Of a stretch of 64,000 nt of DNA, positions 61,240 to 64,000 are shown piece by piece. The stretch comes from Sphyrna mokarran (lineage: Eukaryota), in NCBI GenBank assembly GCA_024679065.1, contig JAGIQG010000006.1:47368001-47432000 (forward strand), written 5' to 3'. Numbering within the stretch: the stretch's first letter is position 1; each line of letters opens with the position of its first letter. The notes beneath the pieces are model-generated. The model had not been told where the DNA came from and did not search any database. It was given only the letters and a program-made list of their open reading frames with translations. A program made the position numbers and the translations under genes.

Positions 61240-61610
61240 GCTAGAGAAAGAGCATGTCATAGAGGGGTTAAGGTCAGAATCTATTTGACTATAGCTAAGG
61301 AACTAAAAAGGTGCAATTCATTACTCAGTGTCGTCTACAGGTCAACAACAAATAAAAAGAATGTCAAGGAACAATTTTGCAAGGTGAGAGAATGAGGTGC
61401 AAGAATAATAGCAGCTATGATAGGGACTATAATTTTCCGAATATAGACTAGGGTGGTAGTAATGGAAAGGGTAGAGAAAGGCAAGATTTCCAGTGGTGTG
61501 TTCTGCAATATGATGGGGCTGAGGGTGGGTTTGAAAAAGGATGCTGTTTCCAAGAGTTGGTGTAGACTCAATGAGCTTAATTGGCCTCTTTCTGCATTGT
61601 AGGGCTTCTG
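61240..61610 (+). mobile_element. CR1 APE-endonuclease fragment joined to a CR1 tail
   Basis: SESI*L*LRN*KG..VYR..NVKEQFCK..MIGDYNFPNID* resembles CR1 EN (..MGDFNFPNIDW). Confidence 0.65.
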
Positions 61611-61649
61611 TTGCTCTTCATTCCAGTTTAAAAGTTACAGGACTTCTAT

Positions 61650-62320
61650 TTAACACTGTGACCCCCTAGTTCTGGACTCACCCACAGGAGGAACTACCAT
61701 CTCAGCATCTATGCCAACAAGTCCCCTCAGGATCTAATATGTATCAATCAAATTGCTTTTCATTCTCCTAATGTCCAATTGGTAGAGGGCCAAACTGTTC
61801 AATCTTCCTTCATAATATAACACCTCCATCCCAGGAATCAATCAAATCTTTTCTGAACAGCTTCAAATGTAATATATTTAATGTACATAAATGTAATATT
61901 ATGGGTGGCACAGTGGTTAGTACTCCTGCCTTACAGTGCCAGGGACCCAGGTTTGATTCCTGATTTGGATCATTGTCTGTCTGAAGTCTGCATATTCTCC
62001 CCGTGTCTGTGTGGGTGCCCTCCGAGTGCTTCAATTTTCTTCCATAATCTGAAAGACATGTTGGTTAGGTACATTGGCCATGCTAAATTCTCCCTCAGTG
62101 TACCTGAACAGGTGCTGGAGTGTGACCATCAGAGGATTTTTCACAATAACTTTATTGCTGTGTCAATGTAAGCCTATTTTTGACTAATAAATAAACTTTA
62201 TATCCTTTCTCAAATAAGGAGAACAAAACTGCATGTAGTGCTCTAGACGTGGTCTCACCAAAGTCCTGTACAACTTTAGCGTTACTTCAATACTTTTATA
62301 TTCAATTTCCCTGCAGTAAC
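61650..62320 (-). mobile_element. Old CR1 fragment interrupted by a V-SINE
   Basis: GTGACCCCCTAGTTCT (reverse complement RTRGH); GTGGTCTCACCAAAGTCCTGTACAACT (reverse complement LYRTLVRP). Confidence 0.75.
61903..62200 (+). mobile_element. V-SINE, Rex1-like tail subfamily
   Basis: HE1-type head and V-domain; tail TTTTCACAATAACTTTATTGCTGTG..TGACTAATAAATAAACTTTA. Confidence 0.9.
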
Positions 62321-63079
62321 AAATGAAGTTGAGGGATAGATAGGTATAAATTTGAGAGACTGCAGAGAAAGATTCATTTCAATCTTATTTACAATGAACA
62401 TTGTTGAATCTTTTGCATTTCTCGGAATTGAGGATGCAGCAGTCAGGAAACAGGGTTGAAGGAGATGTTTGATGGTGGCCAAAAGAATCCGTAATTATCA
62501 TTACTTCCCAGATTGTATAATTTGTTCTTCTGACAACGATTAATAAGGACATTCCTTCTTGACCTAGGATCCATGTATGCTCCTATTTGTGCCCCTTGTG
62601 CTTGAGGAAGTGAAGTGGGGTGACATGCTGCGTAAATGAGTGTGAGGTATAGAGGAAATGTTTTGCTGCAGACCAGGACAACAAAAGTGGAGGTGAGGGT
62701 GTATTTTGGGAAATCAAAAGCTACAGAAAGCCCAGAGTCTGGCTGGTTGGGAGTTTGAAAGAGCCTTTGGAAATTACTTGTTGGAAAATATTTTCCAAAA
62801 ATAGATATAGAAGAAAATGGTGTTCAAAGGAGTAAGTGTGGTGTGGATGGTGAGGAATACATAGGGAAGTGGTCAAAGATGGCTCTGTCAGTGACCACAA
62901 GGGAAGAAAAAGCATAGGAAATAATGTGTATGAATATGCCTAGGAGGGGAAGGATCAGAAAGGACAGGAGGATTATGAGTTCAGAGGTCTGAGAGGAAGG
63001 TATGCTGAAACAGTGAATGAAATCAATGAGAATAAAGTGTCGTTCAGTACATTGACTGAGAGAGAAAATGCATCTGAGA

Positions 63080-63470
63080 ATCTCAGGAGAGATATTTCAT
63101 GGCTTTATTCCTGGTTACTTAAGGAATAACTGAGGTGTATAAGATTGAGGGGCATGGACAGAGTTTTGGTGAGCAATTGTTCCCCTTGGTTGAGGGTCAA
63201 TCACGAGGTGGCACAGTAGTTGGGTAAGGGGTAGGAGATTCAGAGGGGATGTGAGAGAATTGTGGGATTCTGGAATGAACTGCCCCCAAGAAGGTAGTCG
63301 AGACTGGAAACCTTATAACCTCTAAAGAATATTCAGATGAGCACTTCAAATATCGTAATAATTAAGGATATGGGACAAGTGCAGGAAAATGGTAGTTTTT
63401 AAATCTTGTTGATGCAGACTTGATGGGCCAAAGGGCTTTTTCTGTAAAGTATGTCTCTATAACTCTAATA
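63080..63470 (+). mobile_element. CR1 3' fragment
   Basis: TEVYKI..GMDRV..SITRWH..GFWNELP; tail GATGGGCCAAAGGGCTTTTTCTG. Confidence 0.8.
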
Positions 63471-63641
63471 TAGTGGCAATGAGCCACATAGGGGCAGTGA
63501 AAAGTCTGAAAAGAGGCTTAGGTGAAAGCTACTGAGAGATAGTGAAGTAAGAATTATGTAAGTATCTCCTAACGCAATGTTGGTAGATAAATATCGTAAA
63601 AGATGGAAACTTGAAATAAAAAATACAGATTTAGATCCCAA

Positions 63642-63915
63642 GGTGGCACAGTGGCACACTGATTAACACTGTTGCTTCACAGCACCAGGGACCCGATTTC
63701 TGTTCTGACCTTGTGACTGTGTGGAGTTTGCACATTCTCCCCAAGTCTATGTGGATTTCCTTTGGGTGCTCCCACAATCCAAAGCCATACAGGGTTAGAT
63801 GGCTAGTCTAAATATATGGGGTTACAGGGATTTAGTGGGGGAGATACTGGGCCAGAGAGTCAATGCAGACTCAATTAGCCAAATGACTTCTTTCTGCACT
63901 GTAGTGATTCTATGA
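63642..63915 (+). mobile_element. HE1/V-SINE, CR1-type tail
   Basis: Same structure as the other copies. Confidence 0.85.
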
Positions 63916-64000
63916 AATGCCTCATTTGCAAAATGTCTAAATTTTTCCTCTCTTACCTGAAAACCAATGATCATAATATAGAAATTAGACTCTGCACTAC

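Noticed and set aside
1-64000. CRISPR arrays, operons or prokaryotic defence systems
   Set aside because: No regularly spaced repeat-spacer structure and no gene-dense coding; the sequence is vertebrate repeat-rich DNA.

Overview
Eukaryotic, AT-rich, repeat-dense DNA with no recognisable host protein-coding exon in 64 kb, so probably a large intron or gene desert. The repeat set points to a shark or other elasmobranch (inference): HE1/V-SINEs, SacSINE1-like Deu-SINEs, HER1-like CR1 LINEs, Rex1/Babar, L2 and Crack-like LINEs, Penelope-like elements (PLEs), PIF/Harbinger relics and MITEs, and Gypsy fragments/solo LTRs. Every long ORF I could assign is transposon-derived. Most notable: (i) three PLE-type repeat families carrying minimal hammerhead-ribozyme motifs, including a core-intact copy in a fold-back element and a 143-bp ribozyme cassette inserted into a CR1 with an 8-bp target-site duplication (TSD); (ii) a CR1 whose long 3' UTR appears to have captured a V-SINE, with a second independently inserted copy of that chimeric end; (iii) V-SINEs with two alternative LINE-derived tails; (iv) Harbinger elements with AGA/ATA/ATT TSDs that hit the same PLE nucleotide twice; (v) TE-poor blocks and a ~210-bp imperfect palindrome that may be regulatory. 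Family names come from recalled motifs, not database searches. Boundaries are approximate (about 10-30 bp) unless a TSD is quoted.
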